64,000 bases of DNA, from positions 26,520,546-26,584,545 of the forward strand of contig NC_054879.1 in the NCBI RefSeq assembly GCF_018320785.1. The letters are read 5' to 3'. Positions 1 to 13,408 of the stretch are shown piece by piece; position 1 is the stretch's first letter, and each line of letters opens with the position of its first letter. This stretch comes from Cheilinus undulatus (lineage: Eukaryota). The translations under genes and the position numbers were made by a program. The notes under the pieces were generated by a model. It made no database searches. It was not told where the DNA came from and was given only the letters and a program-made list of their open reading frames with translations.

Positions 1-539
1 CCATCACTGATTTCAATGCTAATACTGTGTCCTGACTGGTGAAAAACCCATGCAAGAAACAGTTCTTAGTTTTGATCCTCAGGCAGGACAACACTTGTCA
101 AAAGAACACCACAGATTTAACTAGAAAAGCACTCGAAGAGCGCAGACCTCCGCCATTAGCCCTGTCTCCCAGTAGTAAAGAATCCTTAAAAAGATTCCTG
201 GATTAGACGGTGATCTGGATCACTCCCAAAATCAGTTCTTCCTTATGCCATTTCTGACATTTCCTGAAAATGTCATCAAAATCTGTCCAGAACTTTTTGA
301 TTTATGTTGCTAACAAACTAACTAACAAACAAACTAACAAACCCTGCCGATCTCATAACCTCCTTGGCGGAGGTAATAAAGAATGAACTGATGATTATGT
401 GTATCTTATTTGTCAATAATGGCTGACTTTTTTATCTGAACTGTTTTTCTTTTTTTTATAAAGATACCTGATAGACAACATATTTTTTCCTCTGAATATT
501 TCTGAATTTGAAACTGTTCTGGGGGCTGGATGGGAAGAT

Positions 540-840
540 GGGGAGAGCCTGACCTGGCCCTAAGGCTCCAGTTGATGATCACTGGCCCAGGGTATCGTTT
601 GGGCAGGTAGTAAGGGTTGCCACAAGCACCTCATTGTGCTGTGGATGCCCAGAGGGCTCAAAAACCACTGGTAGTCTCCAGGCATAGATACCAAAATGAA
701 AAGGCCATCAAGCCTGAACTTGGCTGCCAAGTGACATACGGGGTTGACATGTGTCAAGCTTGACTTTGGCTGTCCACCTTCTCCAGCCCCAGGTTGTTGG
801 ACATCGGGCCCTACATGCCTAAAACTTCTGTATGTACATG
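540..840. repeat. Dispersed repeat (second copy at 21330-21700)
   Basis: ccagccccaggttgttggacatcgggccctacatgcctaaaac here matches tagccccaggttgtggcacagtgggccctacatgcctaaaag at 21655-21700. Upstream parts are also similar. Confidence 0.6.
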
Positions 841-3559
841 AATGTATTTGGCTAAAACTGAAAGAAATTAGATCCAAATCAACAAACTGGAAACGAACAT
901 CATGCTGTTGCGTTAGCTCTGCAGCTTGTGGTTTGCAGAAATAGATACAACATAAAAAACAGTCTTCATCGAGCAAGCATACTTAATTAAGGGGGGAAAA
1001 AAAATGGCAGTCATTTGATGCTGCTTTTGAGCCAAGGTCGTTGATCCAGCCACACATGAAAAAGTTGTGCAAATGGACTTGAGGAACACCCCCTTTAATA
1101 TATTTTCTTTTGATATTAATTACCATATTATGCAGTCCAGTTACATCGGGATATATTCATGCTCAAGGACACTTGTAGGGTTTTAGCTGGGTTATTTGTG
1201 GTTAAAGCTAGTAAAATTTGTACAGGTACTTTTGGGGAAACCGTGCAGTCTTTCTGACACACAGCTGCACACACATTGAAGATGCCAGCTCGTGTGATGC
1301 CTCACTAAGCTGATGTGCTTGTGTTCTCATGTTTTCAGAGGTAAAAGTTCATTAAATTAAGCCCATACATGCCTAGAAGTCCCTGTTTTTGTTAAGGTGT
1401 GCAACAACATCTTATCTGCACTCTCAGAGCTCCAATCTCCTGTATTGTAGACAAGCAAAAGTCTTTGGAGGGGCAGAGTCTCAGATCTGTATGCCTGAGC
1501 TGAAAACGTCACCAGGATGTTACTGAGGAGATTTTAACTCTACAGTTTTACAGTACATGAAGCTCTCTAACTGTACCATATCATATACAGTAAACTGAGT
1601 TCTCTTGTTCTCCCTAAGGGAGGTGATGGCGCAGCACTCTTGTGCCCCCTACCGACTGATAGACTGAAGGGAGAGGTTTTCAGTCCTTTCAGTAACCTTC
1701 ATGGCAGTCTGTACCAGACTAAATCATGGTTTTGATAATCAGTAGAGTGGATTTTTATGCAGGATATCCCTCCAGGCTGTTTAACAATCATATAATTTCT
1801 GCCACAGTTTTTGGAGTATTAAACCCATGGTAGAATAGTTTCACAGACTTCTCTCTGTCCTTCACTGTTTGTCCATCAGTGATCTTTCATTTCTACAGCC
1901 TATCAGAGGCTCCGGAGGTCTCTGGTTCACTACAACAATGATGATGATGCAGGTTCTGGCAGGCAGAAACGACAGCTGTGAAAATCCCCACCGGGCTGCT
2001 GCTTGTGCGAGTGCGTCAGGGTTGATTTAATTCTGTGTTTCAGCTTTAAGCAATTACAGGGTGAGAGGAAGCTCTGATTGTGATGAACATCCTGTTGCTC
2101 TCTCTGTCAATCTGCCACCACGTGTTCCTCTGCAGCACCATGCATACGTTGATTTGTCACACAGGTATTTTATTAGACAGCTTCTCCCACATCTTCAGTC
2201 ACTCACACCGTCAATATTTGAAGCCGGCAGTGTTAAATTTCTCAGCTAAGGCCTTGTCCGCAGAGACGAAAACAATATATTTCTGTTTCGTTTTGAAAAA
2301 GTATTCTGTAAATACGGGACTGTTTCAGGAAATATCCGTGTAACCACGGAAACGACTGAAAACGCTGTAGTATATCTATGCCAAGCCTGTACGTGGCGCT
2401 GTGTTACTTCCATGAAAATGCACCAAAAGAGAGAAGAAGATCACAGAAAACTGCCCCAAATTTTGACCTAGTTTCCCTCCCAGTTGTTCTCCGCGGTGGA
2501 TTTAAGAACATCTGGTGTATGCTGTCCGCGGTGGTGGTAAAGGAGCATCAGATTTTGGTGTAAAAGCCTTAATAAGCTCAGTAGCTTCTGCAGCACAAAC
2601 ACAACCCCGTAATCCGCCATTGTTGTTTTGGTTCGACAGCACATGCAGGTAAGTGGTCTATGCTATGTATGACATAATTGTTTCAAGAAAGATGAGGTTG
2701 GCTGCCCATACGGACACAAAACAGTAAGCATTTACAGATTTGTTCACCCTGGGACCCGGTTTCAAGAAGTAGCGTTTATAGCCTCTCAAAATGGCGTTTC
2801 CAAGTGGATGAAACGCCGGTACAACAAAAAACTTTTGCGTATGCTCCTGAATTCATCTCTGTGTGGACGGGGCCTTTGTCACGTCCTACTGTATTAGGAT
2901 GAGAGTGATGTACACATCATTTATTCTCTGGTTTTGTTGTTGCTGCCATGTTGTGCTTCTCAGCTTAGTCAGCATAATCAGAAAGAAGCTGAACAAAGCA
3001 GTTAGAATCTCCAGGGTTCAGACAGTAATTATGTTAGAAGAAAGCATCACAGCTTGTTGTGGACGTCAGCGTGACTCTGAGTATTTATAAAGGAAGGGTA
3101 GAGGAAATCTCACACATTTTTACTAAATAGTGGATTATTTCCATGTAGACAAAGTCATTGTGAACCGGATCATGAAGGTCGGCTTTTTTGGCTCTCAAAT
3201 ATCTCTTGATTTAGTACTTTTTGGCCTTCATCAACCAAACTTAGCCATGATTAACATGATTAATATGTATACATATGCTCTCGATTTATTCATTGCATTT
3301 ATACAAAACCTTGTGACTCTCAAATATCATTATTTTACATGATGTTTGGTGAAGCATCAGTGTTAACCATTAAACACTAGTCATCATGTGTACAGAAGTG
3401 TTTATTTACTGTATGCCAAATGCTGACAGTATTGTCTCACTTCAAACAGTACACAGAGTGCAGCTGGTCTACTGTGATATCTGTATCAAATAAAATATCA
3501 TAAAAAATAGATATGAATCAGTCTATTCATGTTCACAGGAGCCTGTCTTTCTCTTTTAT

Positions 3560-4843
3560 TTGATCCGTACAGTCCTCCGTGTCTGTAAAGGCTTTTTGAT
3601 CCTGCTGTTTATGATGACTCTGTCTTGCCAATTTTGTTGCCATGATGTTAAAATAAATCCAAACACAGAACCTTGTGTGACCATCACATCTTGTCTGATT
3701 CATTTTTTGATGTGCCAGAAGTCCTCTATTGGTGATTGGTCTGGACTGCAGGCAGGCCAGTTCAGCACCCGGACTCTTCTGGGAAGCCATCCTGTTGTGA
3801 TGGATGTAGTTTAGCATTGTCTTGCTGAAATAAGAAAGGTCTTCCCTGAAAGAGGCATAGTCTGGATGGGAGCATATGTTGCTCAGCATTGATAGTCCCT
3901 TTCAGATGTGTAAGCTGCCCACGCCATAGGCACTAATGCAACCACATCCCAGAGATGCTGGCTTTGGAACTGTGCCAGGATAACAAGTTGGATGGTCCCT
4001 CTCCTCTCTAGTACACAGGACATGGCGCCCATGGTTTCCAAAAGAATTTCAAATTTTATTTCACCTGACTCCACAACAGTTTTTCCATTTTGCCTCAGCC
4101 CATTTCAAACAAGCTCTGACCCAGACAAGACAATGGCTTTTCTGGATCATGTTCACATATGGCTTCTTCTTTTCATGATGCAGCTTTAACTGTCAATTAT
4201 GGATGGCATATTGAACAGTGTCGACATACAGCGATTTCTGTAAGTGCTCCTGAGCCCATGCAGTGATTTTCAGATCAGAATCATGCCTGATTTTAGTGCA
4301 GTGCTGCCTGAGGGCCCCAAGACGACCAGCATCTAATATTGACAATTCGCCCTGCCCCTTGCTCACACAGATTTCTCCTGATTCTCTGAATCTTGGGATG
4401 ATATGTACTGTTGATGTTAGGGTTTTCAAAGTGTTTGCAATTCACCATTGTGGAACATTTTTGTGAAATTGTTCCATATTCTTCAGATGGTGTTTTTGCA
4501 GACTGGTTAACCTCTGCCCATCTTGACTTATGCTCATTTTATACCCACTCATGTTACTGACCTATTGCTAATTAACCTCATTTGTTGCACAGTGCTCCTC
4601 AAGCTGTTCTTCATACCTACTGACTTTACCACTGTTTTATTGCCCTGTCCCTACCTTTTTGAAATTTGTTGCTACTGCCAAATTCAACATGATCTAATAT
4701 TTTTCATGAAATGGTTAAATGTCCGATGTGTTATTTATGTTATATACTGGATAAAATATAGGTTTATGAGATTTGAAAATCATTGCACTGTTTTTATTTA
4801 CATTTTACACGCCGCCCCAACTTTTTTGGAATTTGGGTTGTAA
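3560..4843 (-). mobile_element. Tc1-like DNA transposon, family A copy (internally degraded)
   Basis: Minus-strand transposase fragments include ...ITAWAQEHLQKSL... at 4193-4429. Terminal sequence ccaaaaaagttggggcggcgtgtaaaatg (reverse complement) at 4800-4843 is shared with copies at 30690, 43151, 58738 and 60775. Confidence 0.7.
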
Positions 4844-7179
4844 AAACAAGTGACATCATGTAATCAAACTCACATCTGGCAGGGATTAAATTCCTGGAAA
4901 TGCTTTGGTATTTTTTTGTTGTTGTTTTTTTTAATCAGGATTGAAGTTGATTTAAAGATTTAACCCATCACTGGTCACCCTCTACATCCGTCAGTTAGTA
5001 TATACAAATTTTAAACCAAAAAAATCTCAAAAATATGCTAAACATCCTCAGTCAGGGTTAAAATTAGTTTAAAAATGCAATGTTTTTGCATTCCCTGAAA
5101 AGTGGTGATTTTTCAGATAGGAGGTTTTGGCCTGATGCCAGCAATGAAATATTTGCTGAATGTTTTAGAAGTAAACATTTTGTCCTTAATGGCTTTAAAG
5201 GGTAGCAAATTTGTATATAATGTGTTATAAACAGTTATGTTTACTTTCTTATTGAAATCTGATTTCTAAGTTGATTAAGATAAAACACTCATGTGAAAAA
5301 AAAAAAACATTTCATTTGTAGTAACACGACCAAAGTGACTGCAAAATAAAACATGAAAAATGACTTATTTGGACCGAAAATATGTGTACTGTCACCAGAG
5401 GGTTAACACGGCGTTTTGTCAAGCAGGAAAAAAATCACAAAGGATTAAAGGAAACAGGTTTCTCTCCATCAAATACAACAAGAGCTGCCTCAAAGAACTG
5501 ACTTGTCTCCTACAACACATCACTATTAGTCAGTCTATGCTGCTCCTGCGTAGTTTGTCCCTTTCCCCTCTCTGTATTTGTTTCCATCTCTTTGGGTAAA
5601 GTAAATTTTAGAACAATGATGTTCACCTGCCCTCAGTGCTTACAACTCCAGAGCTGTTTTCAGCAGCAGGAGCTTCTGGAGTGAGGATTGTGGAGTGTTC
5701 TGCCGCTCAGAAATATTTTTGTGCCTCTGCTGTATTGATGTAATTTGTTGGTTTTGTCCCTCTTTTTTCTGATTCAACACTTTGTTTGAAAAAATCCGTA
5801 TTACTTCTTCAAGGTGTTGTGTAACATGAATGTTTACGTTCTTATGAGGTTGGTTGTCACTCCCTTAGAGCCCCTCTATGTGGGCCATAACAAAGATCAA
5901 CCATATGACTGTGCCATTGCTGGAACTTAAGCTCATGTCTTCAACTTTGTGATGATGCATTTCACTACAAAGCCAAAGTATCCACTTCATTCTCTAACTT
6001 ATCATTAACATTTATCCCTTAAATCACCAAATCTGCTGACACATGCTTTTCTCTGTCTAAGAAGTGTGTGAAATACTGATATTGGAGTACTGGAGTAAAA
6101 TATCAGTGACATGCCTCTGAGGTTTAATGGAGTTTAAGATGAGACAAAGAGAAAATATCTGATAACATCAGTGCCTCAAATGAGGTTCAGTTTCAAAAGA
6201 TTGGATTCAGTTTAATTCTCCTTATTATACCGTATCTCAGTTACATCTATTTAGAAAAATTCTTTTTAGAAAAATTCAATCAGAAAGCAGAAGCTTTAAC
6301 AGCATTATGATGTTTGACCAAGAAGCCAAATAACCAACAGACTATACTTTGTACAGAAGCATAAAAGCATGCATGTACAGGAGGTAAGAGAGGGAGAATG
6401 CAACACAGGAAATACAGCCTTTTAACAGGAGAAGAGGGATTTTATGTTTTTATACGCCCCCTTGTGGATTACTCTGTCATGTCCATGTCCAGGATTTCTC
6501 CATGGCATTACTTGATTCCTTTTTTGTGTTGAAGATCTGTTAATGAATCCTGACGTTAAGTTTTAAGTAGCCTTGCTGTGCATTAAGGTCAATGTGACAA
6601 ATCAGAAAATTAATATTATTGGCGTGAAGGAGACTTGTTTTTCTTCACTGAAACTCATCAAAATGCGTATCATTTTTAAGATACATGTGCCTTGTTTATT
6701 AACAACTTCTTAGAGTATAAAAATGAGTGCATTTTAGTAAAAGGTGGTGAATATTGCTCCTCCTGCTCTTGTTGATGTGAAATACTCCTTAATGAACTCA
6801 CTCATTAGTTAAATTCCCCACAGACCGCCTTCAGGAATACAACATTGCATACTGAATTATTTTTACCTTTTTATTAGCATCATGACTGCTGTTGTTAGAG
6901 AAAATATGAGTCATCTAGAGCAGCAAAAAGCTTTCTTAATATTTCATTATAAAGTTGCTGCAAACAGAAGCAGAGCAAGACCAACAAGACAAACTTGTTT
7001 TGGACATCAGCCTGAAAAGTTTTTTGCTGCTGTAGAGTCAAATTCAAGATAATAAATGTTTATTGACTCAGATGTAGGCATAAATGTGTGACAGCTTTTG
7101 CAAAAGTATGAATCTCCATTATAAAGTAGATCTGTCAAGATTATTCAGATTAATGGAATTAGTGCTGTTAGTGGGGCAT

Positions 7180-7450
7180 CATGAAAACATCTTATCTAGA
7201 AGGTAGTCACTGAAATAGTTTTTAACATCAAACAAGAAGCAACAGTAAGTGTGTTTCAATACATTTAAGTAGCCTGTGTATCTCCTCTATATCATTTTCT
7301 TTTTGGCCTACTTAGTCTAACATTAAAGAGAAACCCTTTAAGCATAATTATAGAACAATAATATCCTCATTTACATATCAGACCACACACAGGCCTGCAG
7401 CCAGTTACGTAGTTACTCCTTGTTGCACATCGGCTACATTTGTGTGTCTT
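7180..7450. repeat. Dispersed repeat (pairs with 11030-11230)
   Basis: ...tttggcctacttagtctaacattaaagagaaaccctttaagcataattatagaacaataatatcctcatttacatatcagaccacacacaggcctgcagccagttacgtagttactccttgttgcacat is about 85% identical to 11085-11225. Confidence 0.65.
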
Positions 7451-8689
7451 TGCCAGTTTCAGGAAGTGTTAATGCAGATCAATTTGTCCAAACATTTCAG
7501 GCCTCCAAACTATTCTGTTTATAGCTCATCTCTTCCTACAGAGGGGGGAGTGCAGCCCTTTGGCTGTGCTGTAAATGGAGCAGCACATTTGGATTTACTG
7601 GAACTTGAATTGAACCAGGAAGAAAGCCACTGACTCACAACATGAAGTCGTAGTCAGTGACGCCAAATCTGTTTCCTGTCTTGTGACTTTACTTTCAAAG
7701 TAAAAGTGAGACATAAAGAGTTTTATGACTGAACTAAATTATTTTAAATTCCTAGACCCTGAATGCTCATATGAGGACATTCTGGATTTCCTGCAACATA
7801 TTTAACTGTCCACTGTCCATCAGATTTGCTGAATATTTTGACTTATTTTAGACGCCTGTAAAACCATATGCATAAAGCCTCAATGTAATTTTAATTGGTG
7901 TCTTGCGTATTTTTGTTTCTCTGTTGTGCCAAATGATAATATGATTTTCTGTTATCTTTGTTTTCTAGCTCTCTCATTTTGGTGTGTGAATAATTTTGAA
8001 ATAGTTTTTTAAACGTGATATATAAATTACTACTAAGTTCGATTCGCTAAACAGTAAAGTGAAAAGTGGTACGTTAGTGAATGTCTTCAGGAAAAAAACT
8101 CACATTATCATTTATAACTTATGCTGGTAGCTAAATTCACCAACTTGTTATGGTTTTGTTTCTCAATGCTTGATTAAGCATCAACACTCTTTGTTGCGTT
8201 TATATGAGTATTTGGTCGAACTATTGATATTAGTTATGCTTTCTGTTTTCTGTACGTGTTCCTTCACCGTAAAAAAAAAATAGATTTGACAGAAAGCGTC
8301 TTTAAAACGTCACAACTTTTATTTTGAAGACACACCGGAAATGGAAGCATCCCTGTTGTTACCTTGAAGTAAACTTCCCTGATAGAAAACAGAGTGTCAT
8401 ATGTGCATTTTCCAGAGAGCTCAGGTGATAGACAGAGCTATTATCATCTCGAACTGTTGGAAAACAACGGAGAGGACTTGTCTGCATGCCTGAATTAAAG
8501 TAAACCTCCACAATTTCTCTTTTTAACCGGACGTTAGCTAGCGATATACTTGGCTCATACAATTTGCTGCAAAATGTTATACAAAACTAAACGTTTATGC
8601 CAAAATTGCGCATTCCTTTAATGTATTAGACATTTTAGGACAGTGTGGTTTAGGTGTTTTTTCTTTTTGCTTAATAGTTAGAGTGTATT

Positions 8690-8900
8690 CTGCTATATTA
8701 TGTTGTTATTTGGAAAACAACCCGTCAATTTTGTCAGTTAACGTTGACGTGACGCAGCTACGTAATGGGACGTTAGTGCTGTTTACAGTGCAGGTCATTG
8801 TGTTTTGTTAAAAGTTCAACTATTTATAAAAGTGGCACATAACCTGCCTGGTTTGAGGATCTGTTTCCGCGTTAGTTTGCCAACGGCCCAGTTTTTTTTT
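8690..8900. promoter_or_regulatory. Candidate PARP4 promoter or untranslated first-exon region, possibly bidirectional
   Basis: It lies upstream of the acceptor-bearing first coding exon. Two TGACGT CRE-like half sites fall in gttgacgtgacgcagctacgtaa near 8745-8765. TATAAAA is at 8826-8832. Candidate donors are CAG|GTCATT at 8794 and CGC|GTTAGT at 8871. Confidence 0.25.
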
Positions 8901-9090
8901 TATCTGTGTGGGTGTGTCTGTTCAATTGAAACTATCTTACATCACTTTTACAATGTACTCTGGTGAACTACATATGAATATCATGGCATTATGGGCATGT
9001 AATGCCTCCAAGAGAGAGAGAAAAGGGGCTGACAACTATCGTTTCTTCCGAAATAACTCCTATGTCTGGGTGTGTCCTCTCTTCGCAGGC

Positions 9091-9216
9091 ATGGCAGTGT
9101 TTGAGAACTGTTCTGTCTTCCTAGACCTGAATAATATACCTTTTAAGAAGAGGAGGAAGCTGAAGGCAGCAGTCACAGACAATGGAGGAAGCCTTTCCTA
9201 TGTGATCAATAAACAG
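9091..9216 (+). CDS. parp4: PARP4 coding exon 1 (start codon; BRCT N-terminus): MAVFENCSVFLDLNNIPFKKRRKLKAAVTDNGGSLSYVINKQ
   Basis: Polypyrimidine tract and AG acceptor at 9087-88, ATG at 9091, donor GTCAGA at 9217. Matches the human PARP4 N-terminus MVMGIFANCIFCLKVKYLPQQQKKKLQTDIKENGGKFSFSLNPQ. Phase 0. Confidence 0.82.
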
Positions 9217-9589
9217 GTCAGAGAAAGGGATCATTTTCTATTTTCTGAGTGTGATGTAACGGTATAAAAATCTCAATAACACCTTGGTAACAAGTCCATG
9301 GTACAGTGTTTAGCTGAGGATCTGACCAGGGTTAACATAGTTATGATGTTGTTATTTTTAAAAACAGCACTTTTCAGCTGAAATAGTGCTGTTTACAGCT
9401 TATTCCCTACTGATCACTCATCCATTCTTCAACTCAGCGGCTGGAACAGCTCAATCAATCAAACAAGACAATTTGATGAAAACACATAACAAGCTATACT
9501 GTGGCACCAGCGGGTTTACTAAACTTCTATAACCTTTGTTGTCCACCACAAAGATAACCTGAGTTAATACAAAATGTAATTTTTAAATG

Positions 9590-10090
9590 ATAATTTCATT
9601 TATTAAGGGGACAAAGCCATCCAAGCCTACCTGGGTCGATGTGAAAAGCAGTTGAGAGGTGAAGTAGGCTAAAAGGATATCAAAAAGCAACACATCATGT
9701 TGACATCTAAAGAAATTCAAAAACAGGTGTGAAACAAAGTCACTGACATCTATCATTCTAGAAAAGAGTTCCAAAACCATTTCTAAGGCTTTGAGACTTA
9801 TTTGAACCATGGTGAGAGCCATTACCCAGAAATGGAAAAACTTGCAGCAGTGGTGAACTTTGACAGGAGTGTCCGGCCAACCAAAATGACTCCAGAAGTG
9901 CATTGACGACTCATCTAGGAGGTCACAAAAGAATTCAGAACATCTAAAGACCTGCAGGCCTCACTTAACTCAGTGAAGGTCAGTGTTCATGATTCAACAT
10001 TAAGAAAGAGACTGGGCAAAAATGGCATCCATGGGAAGGTTCTCAAAAAGAACACAACTTTTAGTCAATGAAATTAACATTGGACAAGAT
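9590..10090 (+). mobile_element. Tc1-like transposase remnant (N-terminal DNA-binding part)
   Basis: Plus-frame translation ...MVRAITQKWKNLQQ..TLTGVSGQPKMTPEV..LI.EVTKEFRTSKDLQASLNSVKVSVHDSTLRKRLGKNGIHGKVLKK resembles the Tc1 paired-like DNA-binding domain. Confidence 0.55.
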
Positions 10091-11029
10091 AGATATTGAT
10101 CTTTTAGGAAATTGTTACATCTGGGGTAAAACTAACACAGCATGAATTTTTCTCTCTACCAGAAAATCCTGACTATACTCGTATTCCTCATCAAATGTGC
10201 CACTGCAGGCTGGCATTTTCTGTGCATTGTTATTTGTTTGTCCATCACCTTTTCTCCTTTTTCATTTCTTGACAAAGGGAAACCAAAATACAGATTAAAA
10301 GTTGCTCCACAATCTCTAAAACTTGTCACTCAGTTCTCCCTCGCCACTTGTCGCATCCACCATTTTCATGCTGGTTAAATCAGGCCAGTGAGTAGAGTGC
10401 AAAGGATGATGGGTTCGCAAGTGCTAATGGTAACAGTAGTTCCCACTTCCCTTTGCTCTAATATACTAAAAAACACTACACTTTTTACCTTGAAGATCTA
10501 TCGTTTGAAACCGTCACACATCCAAGATGTTATTGAGATGCTTCTGTCACCGATAGTAACAATACCATTCCATCTATACTCTCTGGTCTGACTGGGAATT
10601 AACCAGTCTGCAGAAACATCAGGTTCATTAGGATCTTTTATTAAAAAAAGATGAGAAAAAAATTCTGATATGAATCTTTTCTTCCTGCTACCAGTTTTAA
10701 TACAGTCAAATTAAGGCTATTGCTGAATCTCCATCTTCAAAAACCTTCAACCAATTACCCATTTTTTGAAGTGTTGTAAGCTGATACTGGCATCCTTTTT
10801 TGAACCAGTGGTATTGGAGCAACTCTTATGAAATAATATCATTCTGCAACATGTATTTTCGATGATTACTCTGTGTTTTAAGGTTCTACTATTATTTGGA
10901 ATATTGCATAATTACATTTATGACCATATACAACATCCAAACCAGAGGATTATCTTTATTTTGGGAGAGATATAACAGCAATAATTACAACATACTATTG
11001 TACTATCAACTGTCAATGAGATGTAGAAG

Positions 11030-11230
11030 GTGGTCACTGAACATATTTTTAACAATAAAAAAGTACATCAAAAGTGTTTCTCAGTAAGTCCATTTTTGGC
11101 CTACTTTGTCTAAACTCAGAAATAAGCCTTTAAACTTTAAATATAGAACAATAAAGAACATCCTAATTTAAATATCAGACCACACATATGCCTCCAGCCA
11201 CTTAATTACTCCTGTTTGCACATACTTGAT
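11030..11230. repeat. Dispersed repeat copy (pairs with 7180-7450)
   Basis: tttggcctactttgtctaaactcagaaataagcctttaaactttaaatatagaacaataaagaacatcctaatttaaatatcagaccacacatatgcctccagccacttaattactcctgtttgcacat. Confidence 0.65.
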
Positions 11231-12279
11231 TATACTGTAGATTAGGACTCCACATCTGATTGAGTTATGGCTTAATTACAATTATTACCATGTGCAGCAT
11301 CCAAACCACAGGGTTAGCAATGCTTTGGTAAAAATTAAACCGCATTAATTCCGACATATACTATCTATTATTGAGAAGAAGTACAACTGAGATGCCTTTG
11401 GCAACAACCTTTTTTTAGATGAAAGCTACAAAATTTCACATAATCATAATTTAGGTGAAGTGGTTTTTCTCAGGAAAAAAAAAAAGGTTGGGGAGACTGG
11501 GTATGGTTGTAATACTGGGAGAGTTGAAACACCACCATTTCCACAAATCAGGGATAAGTTAGGAGATGCATGATCTTTTTAGTGTTTTCCCACTTTCTCT
11601 CTAATCCCTCATGGTGATTTTTTGAGGCTGAGAACAATCATTTGTGGATTATACAGAGGAAAACCCTAATTTTGACGTAAGTAATTTTTTTTAACAAATT
11701 CTATAATTTTTTTTGTCAAAGATTACATCATAAAACTTATAGAGCATGAAACTGTAGTTCCATTTGGAAATTTAGAATTTACAGTATCCATAGGGGTTGG
11801 AAATAAAACAGACACAAAATCATACAGAGCACAAGAACAGTCCATTACAAAATAAATACATTTGAGACTCACTCAACAGCTTCTAGGATAAGTTAATAAC
11901 ACTGAGAGTTATGAGGGTCCCTGTGTGCATTCTCCATTAACTTTGGTCAATAACATCTTTTGCCCTATTTGCCATTTGGGAACTTGAAGCCAAAGGAAGT
12001 GGATAAAATGCACCCTATGTATTGACTAGGTCTAGCAAGCCTATGAGAGCCATTTGAGAAACAGTGTTCTATGGTGTCTTTAACCATACCATGTCTGCTC
12101 CATTGTACATTTTTATAGTTGTAAAATCAGCAATGACACATCAGAAGCAAAAAAAAAAAACTCTCATCCATGATTTTTATTTATGTAATTTGTCCAGAGA
12201 ACTTCTAAACAATTGAAATTTCCCCACATAGTAACAAAAGCTCCATTCTTCTTTTAATTTCTGTCTACATTCCCCACAG

Positions 12280-12547
12280 TGCTCTCTGATAGTGACCAAT
12301 GCTGCAGCCAACCTGAGTTCCAACCGACTGCGGAGCATTTTGAAATTTCAAACTCCTGTGGTGGGGCTGAATTATTTGAACGACTGTATGGAGAAAGGTG
12401 TTCTTCTTCCTTTGGATGAATACAGGCTGATAGAAAAGGATGACCCCCCTCCACCTGGGCCTTTAATACCTGCCTCTGCCCCTTACCCTGACCCTGTTCC
12501 TGTGCCTGTCCCTCTCTCCTCACCAAAGGAAAGTTCACTCCCCCAAG
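12280..12547 (+). CDS. parp4: PARP4 exon (BRCT C-terminal half): CSLIVTNAAANLSSNRLRSILKFQTPVVGLNYLNDCMEKGVLLPLDEYRL...
   Basis: Acceptor cacAG|tgc, donor caag|GTACTG. Aligns to human CTHIILDNADVLSQYQLNSIQKNHVHIANPDFIWKSIREKRLLDVKNYDPYK. Ends in phase 1. Confidence 0.88.
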
Positions 12548-13287
12548 GTACTGTCCTCAAAAAGTTGCTGCATGTTGTTACCTGTTGTTTCATCTTATAT
12601 GGAGATGATCCTTGATATTTAGTAAAACAAGTAACTGCAAACATCAGATCAACTTAGTATGGTCCAGAGGTGCTGAAAAAGCTTAATAAATTCTATTGCT
12701 TTTTTATAAATGTATGCATTTATAAAATAGCTTAATTTGGATACTATCATGATTATTAACATCTTTATGTTAGATTAGGAAAAGCCTTTTAAATTATGAT
12801 AAAGGGCTGCATTTTTTCATGCTAAATTCAATCATTGCCCCAAAGAGTTTCCACATAATGACCCATTGTGGATCTCGGACATTGCCTTTATTTGCACACT
12901 GCAGCACAGAAACAAGACTCAAGTCTTTTGCCCTTGTTATCACAGGCACAGTAGTCCTCCCATCATTGATTCATTGACATGCAGACACTCTGTTTACAGT
13001 GCATTTAAGCCAGCTATTAGGTTGAACTACATAGTTTTCAGCCCTTGTAATTGGGTGTGTTTGTTCACTGGGTGTGTGTATTGTTTTTCATTTCATGTTC
13101 TGATTTTCTTAAGAACTCATTCAACCATGCAGCAGCTTAGTGCTTACACAACTGATCATACATCAACTTGCATACTTATGTCAGCCAGGTTTACATGTAT
13201 ACAAGTTCCGGTGTATTTATTGCCTAACATCTGAGTTAAAATTGGGTGGGTCTCAAATGTTCTCATGTGTTGTACTGTGCTTTGTAG

Positions 13288-13408
13288 AGTCCAAAGTCCC
13301 AATGAGCAAAGCAGTAGATGAGCCGCTCAAAGTCCCTGCAAAGCCTGAGGAATCTGGGAGCCTGAGTGAGAAGGCAGAGAGGATCAGAAAAGTCCTGGGA
13401 AAGTTCAG
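13288..13408 (+). CDS. parp4: PARP4 exon (linker): ESKVPMSKAVDEPLKVPAKPEESGSLSEKAERIRKVLGKF
   Basis: Acceptor tttgtAG, donor ttcag|GTGTGA. The phase (1 in, 2 out) links the neighbouring exons in frame. This low-complexity acidic linker is comparable to the human linker. Confidence 0.65.

Noticed and set aside
560-976. 138-aa minus ORF near the window start
   Set aside because: It overlaps a dispersed repeat (second copy at 21330-21700). It has no homology I can recognise and no supporting splice signals.
2040-2650. Cluster of short plus ORFs and a CG-containing stretch (ccgcggtgg...ccgcggtggtgg)
   Set aside because: I recognise no homology, and there are no convincing splice sites linking them. 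This is probably an unclassified repeat or unconstrained intergenic DNA, but I cannot classify it from sequence alone.
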